A stretch of DNA of 64,000 nt from the human T2T-CHM13v2.0 reference genome, Homo sapiens. The notes under the pieces were generated by a model, which saw only the letters and a program-made list of their open reading frames with translations, did no database searches and was not told where the DNA came from. Shown here in pieces: positions 1 to 15,950 of the stretch (position 1 is the first letter of the stretch; every line of letters begins with the position of its first letter). The position numbers and the translations under genes are program-made. The DNA lies in assembly GCF_009914755.1 (NCBI RefSeq), contig NC_060928.1, one strand, 5' to 3'.

Positions 1-413
1 AAGATTTTCAAAGACTTTAACTCCATTTTATTCCCTTTCCTCCTTCTCTGCTATTATTGTCATATATTTTGAATCTCACAAGATAGTATTATTGTTTCAT
101 TGACAGTTAGTATTCATTCAGATTTCCTCACGTTTTTACCCTTTTGTTATATTTTATTTCCTTCTGCATTATTGTGCTTCCATTTGAGACATTTTGCTTC
201 TGCTCAAAGAATTCCCTTTAATATTTCTTTTAGTATAGACCTGTTAGTTATCTATTTCAACTTCATTTGTGAAGGATAGTTTTTTTGCTGCATATTCAGA
301 ATTCTAGGTCTGCCGTTATTTCTTTGAACGTATTAAAAATACCATTTTATTGTCATCTAGCTTCCATTGATTCTGTTGAGCTTTTGGAGGACAACTTAAT
401 TGTTAGTTCATAC
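1..413 (-). mobile_element. Old L1M-type fragment, interrupted by the L1PA insertion and continuing at about 3258-3600
   Basis: T-rich degenerate L1-like sequence on both sides of the TSD. Confidence 0.45.
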
Positions 414-428
414 AGCATCATTTCTTTT

Positions 429-3313
<2,885 letters not shown>

Positions 3314-4230
3314 CTAATGTGATTTTCTTTTTGTTTATACCACTGAAATTCTTTATCATTTCATTCAGTTATTTTAGCATATTATTCATAAAAACTTAAA
3401 TTTTTCTCTCAATGCCTTTAGTGTATGGATCATCTGTGGGTTTGCCTTATTTAGCTATTGTTTTTCTTGACTTTCACTCTTTAGTTCCTAATGAAATACT
3501 GGATGTTACGTATGAGAATAACTGATATCTTCCTCCAGAGAGGATTTTCTATTCTTCTGAAAGGCAAATGACAATATGGGTAGCTTACCTGAATCATGTG
3601 GGGATGTGAATTCCAGTTTTACTCTCCATAAGACTGAATGGGACAATGGAAATATCTGCTTACTATTTTAGCCTGATAGCAGCTGTTTTTTTTTTTTTTT
3701 TTTTTTTTTGCTTTGTTTCTCAGCTTCTTGCTCTGCATATAGGCAGCTTAGGAATGGCAAATGCCATGACAGGAATATCATGTAGAATATTGAGCTCACT
3801 TTACAGTTCATTTTCTCTAACCTCTTGTGAGTTGACTGCCTTGGTAGTCCTGAACTCAATTTTAGTCTTCATATCCTACTGACACTGCCACTGTTCTAGG
3901 CAGCCACAGTCTGTTTAGCCCATGTACCTCACCACTAGAATTGACAAATACGCTAAGGGAAAAGAGTGGCCATGGCTCACCTTATTATATTTCTGTTCTA
4001 CCTGGGATCTTGGCCCTCTAGTCCTGATTGCCTTTGTTGCTCTTCATTGCTTTAAAACATCTGAGAGGTTTTGCTTGTTTTGGGTTCTATTTTATTCAGC
4101 TTTCATATTTGTTTTCAGCAGGAGAGTTGAGTCGTCTTTACAGATAGAAGTGTAAATTCCCATCTGCTGAGTTTTTAAGTCATTTTTTCAAGTATATTAT
4201 GTTAATTGCCGTATGCTTTACATTCTTCAG

Positions 4231-4352
4231 GATGCAGTGTCAGCCTTACTTGCAAGAACATCAGCTGAGTTGTTAGCTGTGGAACAAGAATTAGCACAAG
4301 AAGAAGAAGAAGAATCAGGACAAGAAGAGCCAAGGGGCCCAGATGGAGACTG
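4231..4352 (+). CDS. WWC2: WWC2 coding exon (7th from last): DAVSALLARTSAELLAVEQELAQEEEEESGQEEPRGPDGD(W), Glu-rich segment
   Basis: Acceptor ttcttcag|GAT at 4230/4231; donor TG|gttaaa at 4352/4353; 122 nt, phase 2, joins the next exon in frame (TG+G=Trp). Confidence 0.88.
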
Positions 4353-6162
4353 GTTAAACACTTATTTCCTTTGCTGTTGGGAGCTCAAAGATGATGTGTT
4401 TACACGGCTTACAGTGAAACCTTTGTAGGCTCATGCTTTATTCCAGAATTATGGAATGCACTGCACCTTCAGGAAGCTGTGCTAGGAAAAGTCTTTCCTT
4501 GGTCATTAGAGAGTTAAGGAAGTAATGGCAAGATTATGGGCAAAGTTAAAACATTAGCCAGATTCTTTGTTCTTGTTTCGAGTAATTTTAAAACACTATT
4601 TTCTGAGCCTTTTTTTTTTTAGTCTAAACTTGATTTTGAAAGGTATGGTAGCTTATTGTAGAGTTATAGATAATTTTAAAAGTGACTCTATTTTTCTTTT
4701 AACTACCTGGAAGTACCATTTAGGCTCTAGTAAGACAAAGCAGGTATTTAAAAAACAACTTCTGAGTACTCATTTCTCTGTTACCACTCTTACCTTCTTT
4801 TTCTGTGTCCTTCCCTGTATCCATACCCAATCCTTTAAAAAGGGGAGGCAGAGGGGGAAGTTATTACAGTTATTGTCCAGGTTCATTTATATATAAAGAG
4901 CTCTCCTTCCTGGATTGTACTGTTTCTCTTAAAACAAATTTTAGTGAATATTTCACTTTTTAAGTATATATGTGAAATCATTTGAGTTAATTTTTAATAT
5001 ATAGTTGTTTATACTGTTATGTTTGGTTGAACTACTGTTAATACATGTGCATATACATATATAGCATGCATTTGTATGTGTGTATATAGAAAACTTTTTA
5101 GAAACTTAGAGTGACACGATATATCATAAATAACGCAGTCATGGACATTTGGAAGGAAGAGCTTCTACTGTGATGTAAAAAGATATAGATATACTTTGTC
5201 CTTATAAAAAGTCCTTCATAGTGAATAAAAATCACAGCACTGCAAAACAAATAAATACGAGAGTGATTATAAGGTTCATTATAGTATCTTTAAATAGTAA
5301 TTCTCATATATGTAAAATACAAGTTGTTTCACACATATTTCCAAACAGTACTCTTAATATGTAAACAAAGGAATTTATAACTCATAGTAGTCATTAATGG
5401 TTCCCCTTGTGTTCACTTCATGGCTAGACATTTATTAACTAGTCTGTGCCAGTTTGTCATTATGTCACCAATCAAATTAAAGCTGAACATTTAGTTATCA
5501 ATGGAAAGAATGTCTGCATTCGGAGAACATGAAACTCAACAAAGTATGAGATGTTCTAAACCATCCTAGTACTCCTGCTTTATATATTCCATATAAGCTG
5601 TATTTATATTCTGGAGCACCACTTATACCACTTATAATGCCACTTCAGCCCATGCCAGGGCTTTTGTTAAAAATGAGCCTTCTGCTAGTTCAGAAGAAAA
5701 ACTTCCTTAACGTAGGATTCTCCCTGCTCGACTGTGAGTACACTCAATAAAATGAGGATTTAAAATCCTTATTTCTGTATTCACTGTCATATGATTAATT
5801 TTACAATAAATGAACAACGAATACCAAGTTATTTTATAGTGAGTGTCAATATTTTTAAATGCTAACATTAAACTCTATAATGTGATTTTCAGAATATGTC
5901 TATTTTGATATCTAGAAGTTAGGTTAAATTTCATGAGTTTAACTTTTTAGTACCACATTATGGTGATTTTGCTGCAGGTTACTAGAGGGTGAAGAGAGGA
6001 TTTTTTTTAATGAGACATTTAGTTAAAAACCCCAGCCAAAGAAATGGCTTGGCTCATTGTGTGAGTCTGTTTATTTCCCAGATAACAACTTAGCATGCCC
6101 AGGTTGCGTGTTCATGGAGCATGCCTGCCTACCAAAAGTGTTTTGTTTTTGTTTTACCATAG

Positions 6163-6361
6163 GCTAACAATGCTAAGAGAGGCCTCTGATGAAATTGTGG
6201 CTGAAAAAGAGGCTGAAGTTAAATTGCCAGAGGACAGTAGCTGTACAGAAGATTTAAGTTCATGCACTAGTGTGCCTGAGATGAATGAAGACGGGAACAG
6301 GAAAGAAAGCAACTGTGCCAAAGACCTCAGAAGTCAGCCACCTACTAGAATACCAACACTG
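6163..6361 (+). CDS. WWC2: WWC2 coding exon: (W)LTMLREASDEIVAEKEAE...QPPTRIPTL
   Basis: Acceptor ttttaccatag|G; donor CTG|gtgact; 199 nt, restores phase 0; lies within ORF 6095..6481. Confidence 0.88.
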
Positions 6362-7681
6362 GTGACTATTCCGCTGTGCTGTCTTAAAACTGATACCTTA
6401 CAGGCACCATGTGGACTAGGGAGATGCTTGTTTGTCTCCTTAGGTGTAAATTCCATGTCAGGATTTTGTGCCAAAAGCTGATCGTGAAAGGCATATGTGG
6501 GAATAGGCTCTAAGAAGCATCATAAATGCTTTAACATTTTAAAATGGGCCCAAGATATTCTCCACTTATATTTGGAGAATATATAAGAAGAGAAATAGTG
6601 CTAGTTACTTTAAATCTATAAATATTCTGTGAATATTAAAAGTATTTTCTGAATTCCTAGGAGAACAACAGGGTGTCTTGTGTCAAGTTCCGTATATGTA
6701 GTAAGTTTTATTTCCATTTCAAACATGAAGTAAACATTTAAAGTTCATTTTGGTTAGGCGATGCCCTGATTAGAAAAGTGACAGGTGACTTAGTTTAGGC
6801 ACAAGTGCCAACCAAGTTATTAAACAGGTAACTTTGCTAGTTAAGTGAGAGATGTATTGAGACTGTCAACCCCATATGGGGAAAATATTTTCAAGCTTCA
6901 TTGGATGCTCACACACTGGGGATATTGGTAGTAGAGTTTAGAAAATTATAATTTTGTATTCCTGAGAAAATAATATTATGCCCTGAGAACTTCCTTTCTC
7001 AAAGGAGCAAACTTTCATCAAGAGGCAGGTTTGGAATCAAATTATACCTATAAGATAAAAAATAGACATCTGCCTATGCCTACTGAGTTTGTATTTTGAG
7101 AAACTTCCATTTTTACTTAGGTTTTATTTTTGTTACATTTCTAAAGATCCAGTAAAAATACAACTCAGCTTCACAACAGTTATGTTTATACATGTATAAT
7201 TGCATATTCTATTTAAACCTACAAGTTTGTGGTATATTTCATTTTCTTATATTTAATTATCTTTATCATTTATTTGGAAAACAATGTAATCAGAAAGTTG
7301 AATAAAGTTTAATGATGATATGTACCCAAATAGGATTCTTTATAGAATCACTTTAAATCTAAACCTTCATTTTTATGTTCAACCCTTTGGAGGCAGCACC
7401 TCTATTTATGGTGCTTGTTGGACAGATATCACACGGCCTGCTGTGCAGAACTTCCTAAGAACTTAGTACAAAACCATTCTTGGTAGAAAACTGAAGAACA
7501 ATTCTCCCCAGAAGTACTTCAGAAGTACTATAGTCTGTAATGCAAAGCCTTTCTCTTAGGAGTGGCCATAGTGCTCCATGAGTCTCTGTTGTAACATTAG
7601 ATATTTTTTCTTTCTTAGAAGAAAGGAGCATAATGTTTACACATCTTTCAGCTCCTGACAAATTGTTAACTTCTCTTATAG

Positions 7682-7846
7682 GTTGACAAAGAGACAAACA
7701 CTGATGAAGCCGCTAATGACAATATGGCAGTTCGCCCCAAAGAGCGCAGCAGCCTGAGCTCTAGACAGCATCCGTTTGTGAGGAGCAGTGTGATAGTGCG
7801 CTCACAGACCTTTTCTCCAGGAGAGCGGAACCAGTACATCTGCAGG
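7682..7846 (+). CDS. WWC2: WWC2 coding exon: VDKETNTDEAAND...PFVRSSVIVRSQTFSPGERNQYICR
   Basis: Acceptor ctcttatag|GTT; donor AGG|gtaagg; 165 nt = 55 codons; VDKETNT and RSQTFSP motifs are typical of the KIBRA/WWC family. Confidence 0.93.
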
Positions 7847-8439
7847 GTAAGGTGGCAGTGCTCGTGGTGAGGCGCTGGGACTGCAGCTTCTTCCCTGCTG
7901 GTAGGGAGTGGCCTGCAAAGGACAAGAGACTGTGCACTGGGAGTCCACATGACAACGACAAATGCTAGAAATGCTGTAAAACAGATGTAGAATATCACGT
8001 GCTTATGGTCCCTTTTAGTTTGTTTGTTTTTCCATCAAATTTAATGCCTCCTTGGTTCCAATGTGATTTATTTGGCAAGTAAGCGAAGTTTAAGGATCTG
8101 AGTGCTGAGTATTTGTACGTTATTTGGACTTCGGTCTGTATTTAGAAACATAAAGTGGTTTTTTGAGATACATGTGGTCTGTATATTTCTGTTCTATATC
8201 ATATGTCCTTCAAACCATGTTTGTCTTGTTGAACTGAGAACTGTGAATTGCATTTTAGATTAAAAATCCTCTTTTAATAATGCTTATAAACACTGAATCA
8301 CATCCATAGTTCTGTGAAGAAAATTATGAGATTTGTATCAGTTTGCCAAATTCTACTTCTAGAAGTATTTCTGATTTATCTAGTAAGATAGACATAATAT
8401 TATAAACTGGGTTAGAAATACTTTTTAAATTCTAAATTT

Positions 8440-8760
8440 ATTCATTCAGTTCAACACATTTTTATTAAGCACCTGCTTTTAAGCATTTTCTTAAATACTT
8501 GGGATTCATCTAGAAACAAGAGACCCAGAGCCCTGCCATTGTAGAGTTTACATTCCTGTGAATCGAGCCAGACCACAAGCAGTAAATAAGATGAACAAGC
8601 TATGAAGTATCTTGGAAGGGGATCAATGCTATGGACAACAGTAGTGCAGGGGGTTGGGGGTGATACGCAGGATTCAGAGCAGGCTGCATTTCAGTAAAGA
8701 TTTGAAGCAGATGAGACAGTGAGTGTGGGCTATCTGGGCCGAGAGCGTTCTAGATAGCAC
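8440..8760 (-). mobile_element. L2 3'-end fragment
   Basis: ttcattcagttcaacacatttttattaagcacctgc start is typical of an L2 terminus. Confidence 0.55.
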
Positions 8761-8933
8761 AGACTGTGTCTCAACTCTGACCTTGAGCTCTGCTTCATGC
8801 AGACCTTTCTTTAAAGAAACAAATATCATGTATTAGCTAAAAATACAAAGGATAATTTCATTTCAAAAAATATATAAGTACCTTAAACATATGATTTTTA
8901 ATAGCCACTACCAAAAGGCAGCTATTCAGATTA

Positions 8934-9317
<384 letters not shown>

Positions 9318-9422
9318 TTAACTATGACTACCTGCTTTACTTGGTAAATGTCTCAATCCCAAACTTCCACTTGCACTCTGTTTGATATGCAGTGATTTTT
9401 TTTTTAAATCTTTTGTTGCCAG

Positions 9423-9515
9423 TTAAATCGGAGTGACAGTGACAGTTCAACCCTGGCTAAAAAATCACTGTTTGTGAGAAACTCCACCGAACGCCGCAGT
9501 TTGAGGGTCAAAAGG
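9423..9515 (+). CDS. WWC2: WWC2 coding exon: [31 protein letters not shown] (conserved phospho/aPKC-binding region)
   Basis: Acceptor ttgttgccag|TTA; donor AGG|gtatgt; 93 nt = 31 codons; [11 protein letters not shown] is a KIBRA-family hallmark. Confidence 0.94.
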
Positions 9516-11229
9516 GTATGTATTCCCTCAGCCACGTCCCACTGTCCCTGGACCAGTCCAGAATTGTCACTTGTGCAGCACAAACTCCAGAACTACAGAA
9601 TGAATGTCAGTGCTCCATGCGCTTGGCCTACTGAATGCAGCCACTGGGATACACAGAGACGCAGATGCCATGGCCACTATGGAGATGGGGGGGTGTGAGG
9701 GCATTTATTCATCATTGGTGTGGAACCTGTGATGGTTAAGGCTGGAAATGCGGTTTCAGTATCTCTGGAGAAGGGGCCTTCTGAGCCTGCAGGGGTATCA
9801 GACGATGGTAGAACACATTTCTGATGACTCTGCATACCATGTCCAGGTCTTGAGCGATTGTGGGAAGGGGTGTAAGACCTGGTACCTTTTCTGAAGGACA
9901 CACATTCTGGTAAAGGAGGAACACACAGTTTTTGTAGCTTGCTTACACAGATATCTTTAGAAGGTTAAAACTCATGTGGGTGGGCAGCTCGGGTGGCATT
10001 TTCCTGGAGGTCATGGGTCTCTGCATGAGCCTTAAGGATAAGTCTAAGAGAATAAATGAATTAACAGGTTGGTCTGTTCAAGTAGTTCAGAAATTCCTGT
10101 TTACTTGCTAACAGCTGAAATACTAAAGGAAAATATTTGTTTACTGTGATCATTTTGGCTTAAAATGTGTGGTTCGGTGACTACAGAGCACCACATGTGC
10201 TGAGCTCTGTTGACGGCGAACTCACACCCTCAGGAGTCCATGGTCTAGAGGAGGACACAACACACACAGGACTGTCACAACTGTGCCGGGTATGACAGGG
10301 AATTAGCCCATCTGATTGAGAGTCAGAAGGGCTCAGTTGACAGCAGTTGGGGGGTCTCCACACTTGAATACAATTTCAAAAAGAAAATGGTAGCTTTGGG
10401 GCAGGGTGGGGGTGTGATGGATACTGGGCGCTGTGGGTAGGTGGCGTAAAATGATACGGGAGCAGGGACACACGGCATGAGGAGTGTCAGGTTCTGCCAG
10501 CAGCTTTGGCACTGTGGACGGGAGGATCAGGCATGATGGCTGGGAAGGTAAATCAGAAGCATTGTCATCACCAGGGCCACTCTGGTCTCATTCTGCCATG
10601 TGCAGAGTAAGAGATGCCTGGCCAGGCAGCAGTGGGCGCCCCTGGTTTAACTTCCTTGTTACTTGAAAGGCATAAAAGAATATTTTGTTTTTCTAAAGGC
10701 AGATGAGATGTGCTAGCATTTATTCAGCATTCGTCATTTTCAGGAAATTCTGAAATGTTGATTTTTCAGGTTACCAAACTTTATGCCTTAAAAGCACCTA
10801 AATTTTTATCATCTTGAATGAAAAGTCTTCTCAACTCCTTTCTAAGTCACCTGCCTTCTTAAGCAGCTCATACTCTCAGGGGATAGTTTCACTCTTCAGA
10901 TAAATATTAACCAAAAGTGTTTATGAATCGAGTGGAGTTGAGAAACGGTTAGGTTACTGATAAACTTAGTTATTAGGACTACTTGAAACAGACAAAGGTT
11001 AATCCTGAAGCATATGTAGGAGATGGTTTTAAATGGTTTTTAAAAGTAGACAGATATGGTTTGATAGGAACAAGTGGAGAATGGTATTCTGCTTTAGGAA
11101 TTACAGCATAAGCAAGGTATAGAGGTGTATGAGGACAAAAGTATCTGCAAAGATGAGGAAAAGGTTCATCTGAATAGAAGAACAAAGCGCCAAGTGTGTG
11201 AGTGATGAGGTTAGAGGGGTACCGACCGG

Positions 11230-11440
11230 CAGAGGTGTGCTGCACCCTCCTCACGCTGGCTCACAAGAGCCAATTGTGCTCGTCTCTTGCCAGTTAAATC
11301 GGAGTGACAGTGACATCACAGTCATAGCTTGAAAATGGTGATGGTAGGAGTATTTACCACATAGAAACTGGCCAACCCTACAAGTCAGTGCTTTCTTCTC
11401 TCCCAGAGAGAGCCAGTTATTAAACATTTACCAGCAGACT
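11230..11440 (-). mobile_element. Non-autonomous hAT DNA transposon relic (Arthur1/ORSL-like)
   Basis: Ends cagaggtgtgctg...taaacatttaccagca; reverse-complement similar to the element at 50340-50490. Confidence 0.6.
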
Positions 11441-12411
11441 CTTGTATGTGGAGTCCTTAGGCTCTGTGTGCATGACAGCTAGGAAAGATTTCTGATTCCA
11501 AAAAGTAAGTAATACAGTCAAAGATAATGTGTGTCTAGATGATTCTTACTGTGTAATGCATTTGTAGAGAGGAGAGGGTACAGGTTGAATAAAGGGAACC
11601 TAATAAGAAGAATGTTACAGAAGACCATGCAGTATGTACTGGATGTGGAGGAAGAACAGGAGGACACAATAAGAGTGATTCTGACTTGGGCTAAGGCTCT
11701 GAAATCAGCATAGGGACAGACAGGCCCCCTCCCTTCCATCTGGCATGAGCACTACCATTATTTTAGATCTTCAAACTGGAGTACTTGTCAAATTTGAGTC
11801 CCTCCTCGCTCATATCAAATAGTAACAGTTCTTATTAGTGATCACTTATTTTGCATTCTGTCTGCCAATAATCTAGGCAAGAAATACCTCCGTGTTCCCC
11901 TCTGCTGGTAGAGCCTCACCTCTCACCCAGCCTTGTTTAAAATCCCTTCCTCAAGTGCATGTGCCCTGACCCTGAGTGATCCATCCCCTTCCCTGACTTC
12001 CTGTGCACTTCTGCACTCACTCACAGCTTCCTCTCGCTTAAGGCCTCATGTCATTCTGCAGCCGAAGTTTTCAAGGGCAGAGATTGTGTCTTCTCTTCCT
12101 AGTACTTTGCCTGCACAGCCCCAGCAGACATTTATTCATATATGTTCAATAATTATTGCTTGATGAATAGGTTAAGATTGCCCCTGGGAAGAGCCATGGT
12201 GATTCAGTGGTGAAAGTAAGTAGCACACAATGGGAAATCAAGGAAGGCAACTCAGTTTAAGCATTCTGATTGGAGGAGATAGTCAAAACTTAGCAACACT
12301 GTCCAGCTGTATTCAGGCTGACTGTCATGGACATGGTAGGAGTTATGTGTCCTGAAATGGAGGAAACAGAAATGTCTTGCAATGTATTTATTTATTACAC
12401 TAGGCGGGCTT

Positions 12412-12790
12412 CATGCAATCAGTTGGTCAGGCTAAGTAAGCCAGGCTGTACTATGGTAACAACTTTAAAAATCTCTGTGGTATAAAACAATAAAGGTTTA
12501 TTTCTTGCCTAGCTACTGGTTCACTGCAGGTTGGCAGGAGGTCCTGCTCCATGTTGCTCTTACCCAGGGCCCATGCTGATGGAGCCTCCCTCTGTGGTTC
12601 TTTGCTCTCCCTCCAGCAGGGGACAGAAATGTGCACCTCTCACACTGGCCTTGACAGCCTTCTGCCAGAAGTAAGGCATGTCTCTCCCACTCACCTGCCA
12701 TGGGCCAGAGCGAGTTGCTCCTGCCCCTTAGGCCCTGGCTTCTAGGGTGCAAGGAAGCACCATCCATCATGCGCCAGGAAGGAGGGGAAG
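12412..12790. mobile_element. Old MaLR LTR (MLT1J/K-like)
   Basis: atctctgtggtataaaacaataaaggtttatttcttgc motif typical of old MLT1 LTRs. Confidence 0.5.
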
Positions 12791-12848
12791 TGGGGTAACC
12801 ACTGCCTGTATAACCAGGGTGTTCGTCATTCCGTTTCTAACTATCCAG

Positions 12849-13091
12849 ACGGTTTGCCAGTCAGTCCTTAGAAGAACAACACAGGAATGCCCAGTGCGGA
12901 CATCTCTAGACTTAGAACTGGACCTTCAGGCATCTCTGACCCGGCAGAGCCGCCTCAATGATGAGCTGCAGGCGCTGAGGGACTTGCGGCAGAAGCTGGA
13001 GGAACTGAAAGCTCAGGGAGAGACTGACCTTCCACCAGGCGTGCTGGAGGATGAGAGGTTCCAGAGGCTTCTGAAGCAAGCTGAGAAGCAG
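12849..13091 (+). CDS. WWC2: WWC2 coding exon: TVCQSVLRR...RTSLDLELDLQASLTRQSRLNDELQALRDLRQKLEELK...KQAEKQ (C-terminal coiled coil)
   Basis: Acceptor ctatccag|ACG; donor CAG|gtacgc; 243 nt = 81 codons; RTSLDLELDL motif of WWC proteins. Confidence 0.94.
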
Positions 13092-13690
13092 GTACGCAGC
13101 TCAGGGTCTGTCATCTCGGAGGGGCTTACATCTTTTTTTAAAGCGTGCCATGTAGAAGGTACCCAACTTACACTTCTGTTTTGCGCATAAGTCTTTAGAT
13201 GTTTTACTACAGCTTGGAACATATTTTTCCCACTGTTATAGGCCCTTTTTTTTTTTTTTCCAAACCAAAAATGTTGAAGGAACAAGGAAGCTGGGAAGGT
13301 GGGTGTGGCAGCAGGGGATGGGCGTGGCCAGTGGGGTGAGGGCGTGGCCAGTGGGGGTGAGGGTGTGCCCAAAGGAGAAGTGGGAAGTAGTCATAATTTC
13401 TCCTCCATATTGTTCTCCATCTTAACGTAAGACTTGACAAATAAATGCAGTATAAATTTTGGCATAAGTGGGACATTTTGTTTGGATTTTCTATAGATAT
13501 CTTTTTAAGGTTCATTAACCACATCAATTGTGAAATACATTGCTAATTTTAATGCTACTAAATTTTCACTTTCATTCTTATCTTAAAGAAAAATTACATT
13601 TTGCTTATTGACATTCTCCCTTACCTTTCACCCTACAAATAGGTATACTAAAAAAAGATGAAATCACTGATTAAAAAATAGAGTATTTTT

Positions 13691-13986
13691 GGCTGGGCGC
13701 AGTGGCTCACACCTATAATCCCAGCACTCTGGGAGGCCGAGGCGGGTGGATCATGAGGTCAGGAGTTCAAGACCAGCCTGGCCAAGATGCTGAAACCTCG
13801 TCTTTACTAAAAATATTTAAAAAATTAGCTGGACGTGGTGGTGTGCCCCTGTAATCCCAGCTATTCGGGAGACTGAGGCAGAGAATTTCTTAAACGTGGG
13901 AGGTGGAGGTTGCAGTGAGCTGAGATCGTGCCACTGCACTCCAGCCTGGGCGACAGAGTGAGACTCCATCTCAAAAAAAAAAAAAA
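13691..13986 (+). mobile_element. AluS (Sg/Sc-like)
   Basis: Full Alu; flanking repeat agtattttt on both sides. Confidence 0.93.
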
Positions 13987-15404
13987 CAGTATTTTTAAAG
14001 AAACTATTTCCATTATTTTGGCACCTACATACTACTGAAATTTTCAAGAATCTGCATACATATGAAATTGATTTACTTTCTCAAGAGTACAATTTATATT
14101 TTGGTTTAGGATTGTGTATTCATATCCATATGTAGTAGCAAATAGAATTTTCCACATAGCTGAAATACTAATATTACAAATGCCAAAACATTGTTTTCTA
14201 TCAGTCCCTTTGGATGGGAATGTAAAATGGATTAGACACTTCCTGAAACTAACAGAAAATCTTGTCTATGATATAAACTGCTCTTTTTGACCCAGAGTTG
14301 TTATTTGATCATGTCATGTATAGTACTGTCAGGAAAGTGTGAATCGTCCAGCTGACTGGAACTACTGATCCTTGATGGAACTCAGAAACTAAATGAATGA
14401 ATTTCAAGAATCAAACTGACACCAGTAATAAAACTTTAAGCAACAAAATGTATTACATGTATCTATCTTATCCCACCTGATAGAAGGAAACCTTCACGTT
14501 CAGTAGGACCGGTGTTTGCTCAATGTGGAGTTTAATGTTAGGCCTTACATTTGCCACAGCAGTGAATACAGGATAATTAGGCACTGTGCTGGTTTCATAA
14601 AGGAGATGAGCCAGACACTCCAGGTCTACGAGAGCAGTGCTTCCTGGGGAAGTCATGAGAGGTTTCATGGAGGAGGTGGCACTTGAACTGGCTTTTAAAG
14701 TGGGTAGTGGAGCTTCACAGCGGGGAGAGGCCCAGGACTCTCCATTAGTAAAGGTCCAGATGGGCTCCAGACAATGGAGGGCTGTGGGCAGGAGCCTGCA
14801 GGAGAGTAGGGCCACAGCAGGTGGAAGGTAGTCTTATGAAATGGAAGATTGAATTACAAGCAGAAATGACCTGCTCTTAGTTTGTAATCTCAATAACCAA
14901 CATTTTTACTCTCTTGAGTTTTTAACTCAACATTACCAATAATTTCAAACTTTTGGTTGACTTTGACCTACTTTACTGTCATGGAGAAGCATCACAGTCT
15001 TTGACTGTTATGGGTCAAAGCCTTCCAAAGCTGAATTGGAGTTTTACAACTATAGATGCAAACAGAACTTTGTGTCTTTGGTTGTTTCTTCATTTCTAGT
15101 GTGTCATGATATGAAATTCTAAATTTCTAGATATCAATAATTACTAAAACTATAGGACTTAAATTTTTTTACTTAATATCATAACGCAAAGTTTCATCCA
15201 TAAATTGCATTTCATTTTTTTTGACTGCTATCTAATCTCCATTGTATAGAGAGAAGCTCAGTAGAGCAAAAAGTTCTTTGAAAAAAATGAAAGGAAAAAC
15301 AAAGCTCTGGCAAAATTAATGAAGAGAATATACAAATAAAGAATGTTATAAAACTAATGAGGGACAGAACTACAGGTAAATTTGAGATTTAAAAAATAAT
15401 TACA

Positions 15405-15655
15405 GCTGAGGTGGGAGAATCACTTGACCCCAGGAGTTGGAGACCAGCCTGGGCAACACAGGGAGACCTTGTCTCTACAAAAAAAATTAAAAAAAAAAAA
15501 AAAAATTCACTAGGCATGGTGGCATGCACCTGTGGTCCCAATTACTTGGAAGGCTGAGGTGGGAGGATCACTTTAGCCCAGGAGGTAGAGGCTGCAGTGA
15601 GCTGTGATTGCACCACTGTGTTCCAGCTTAGGTGACAGAGTGAGACCCTGTCAAT
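15405..15655 (+). mobile_element. AluJ, 5'-truncated
   Basis: AluJ diagnostics (ggaggatcactt, gaggctgcagtgagctgtgat). Confidence 0.88.
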
Positions 15656-15727
15656 CAGTTATGAAAAATTAAAAAATAAATAAATAATAAATGCATACAC
15701 ACAAACACACAGACACACACACACACA

Positions 15728-15950
15728 CTCCCAGTGCTTTGGGAGGCCAGAGTGCCGAGAGTTTGAGACCAGCCTGAGTGACATAACAAGATCCCATCTC
15801 CATGGAAAAAAAAAAAAGTTAGCTGAGCGTGGTGGCACACAGCTATATAGTCTTGGCTATTCTGGTGACTGAGGCAAGAGGATCACCAGAGGTATGAGGT
15901 TGAAGTGAGTTATGATCACCCCACTGAACTTTAGCCTGAGTGACAGGAAA
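15728..15950 (+). mobile_element. Degenerate AluJ preceded by (CA)n at about 15697-15728
   Basis: Partial Alu arms with internal deletions. Confidence 0.8.

Noticed and set aside
5041-5090. Alternating purine-pyrimidine, partly palindromic tract
   Set aside because: Ordinary degenerate (TA/CA/TG)n low-complexity sequence.
12747-13190. 147-aa ORF (likewise 4213-4428, 6095-6481, 35716-35925, 38973-39182) as standalone genes
   Set aside because: Each is a WWC2 exon plus read-through into intron; splice sites delimit the true coding part.
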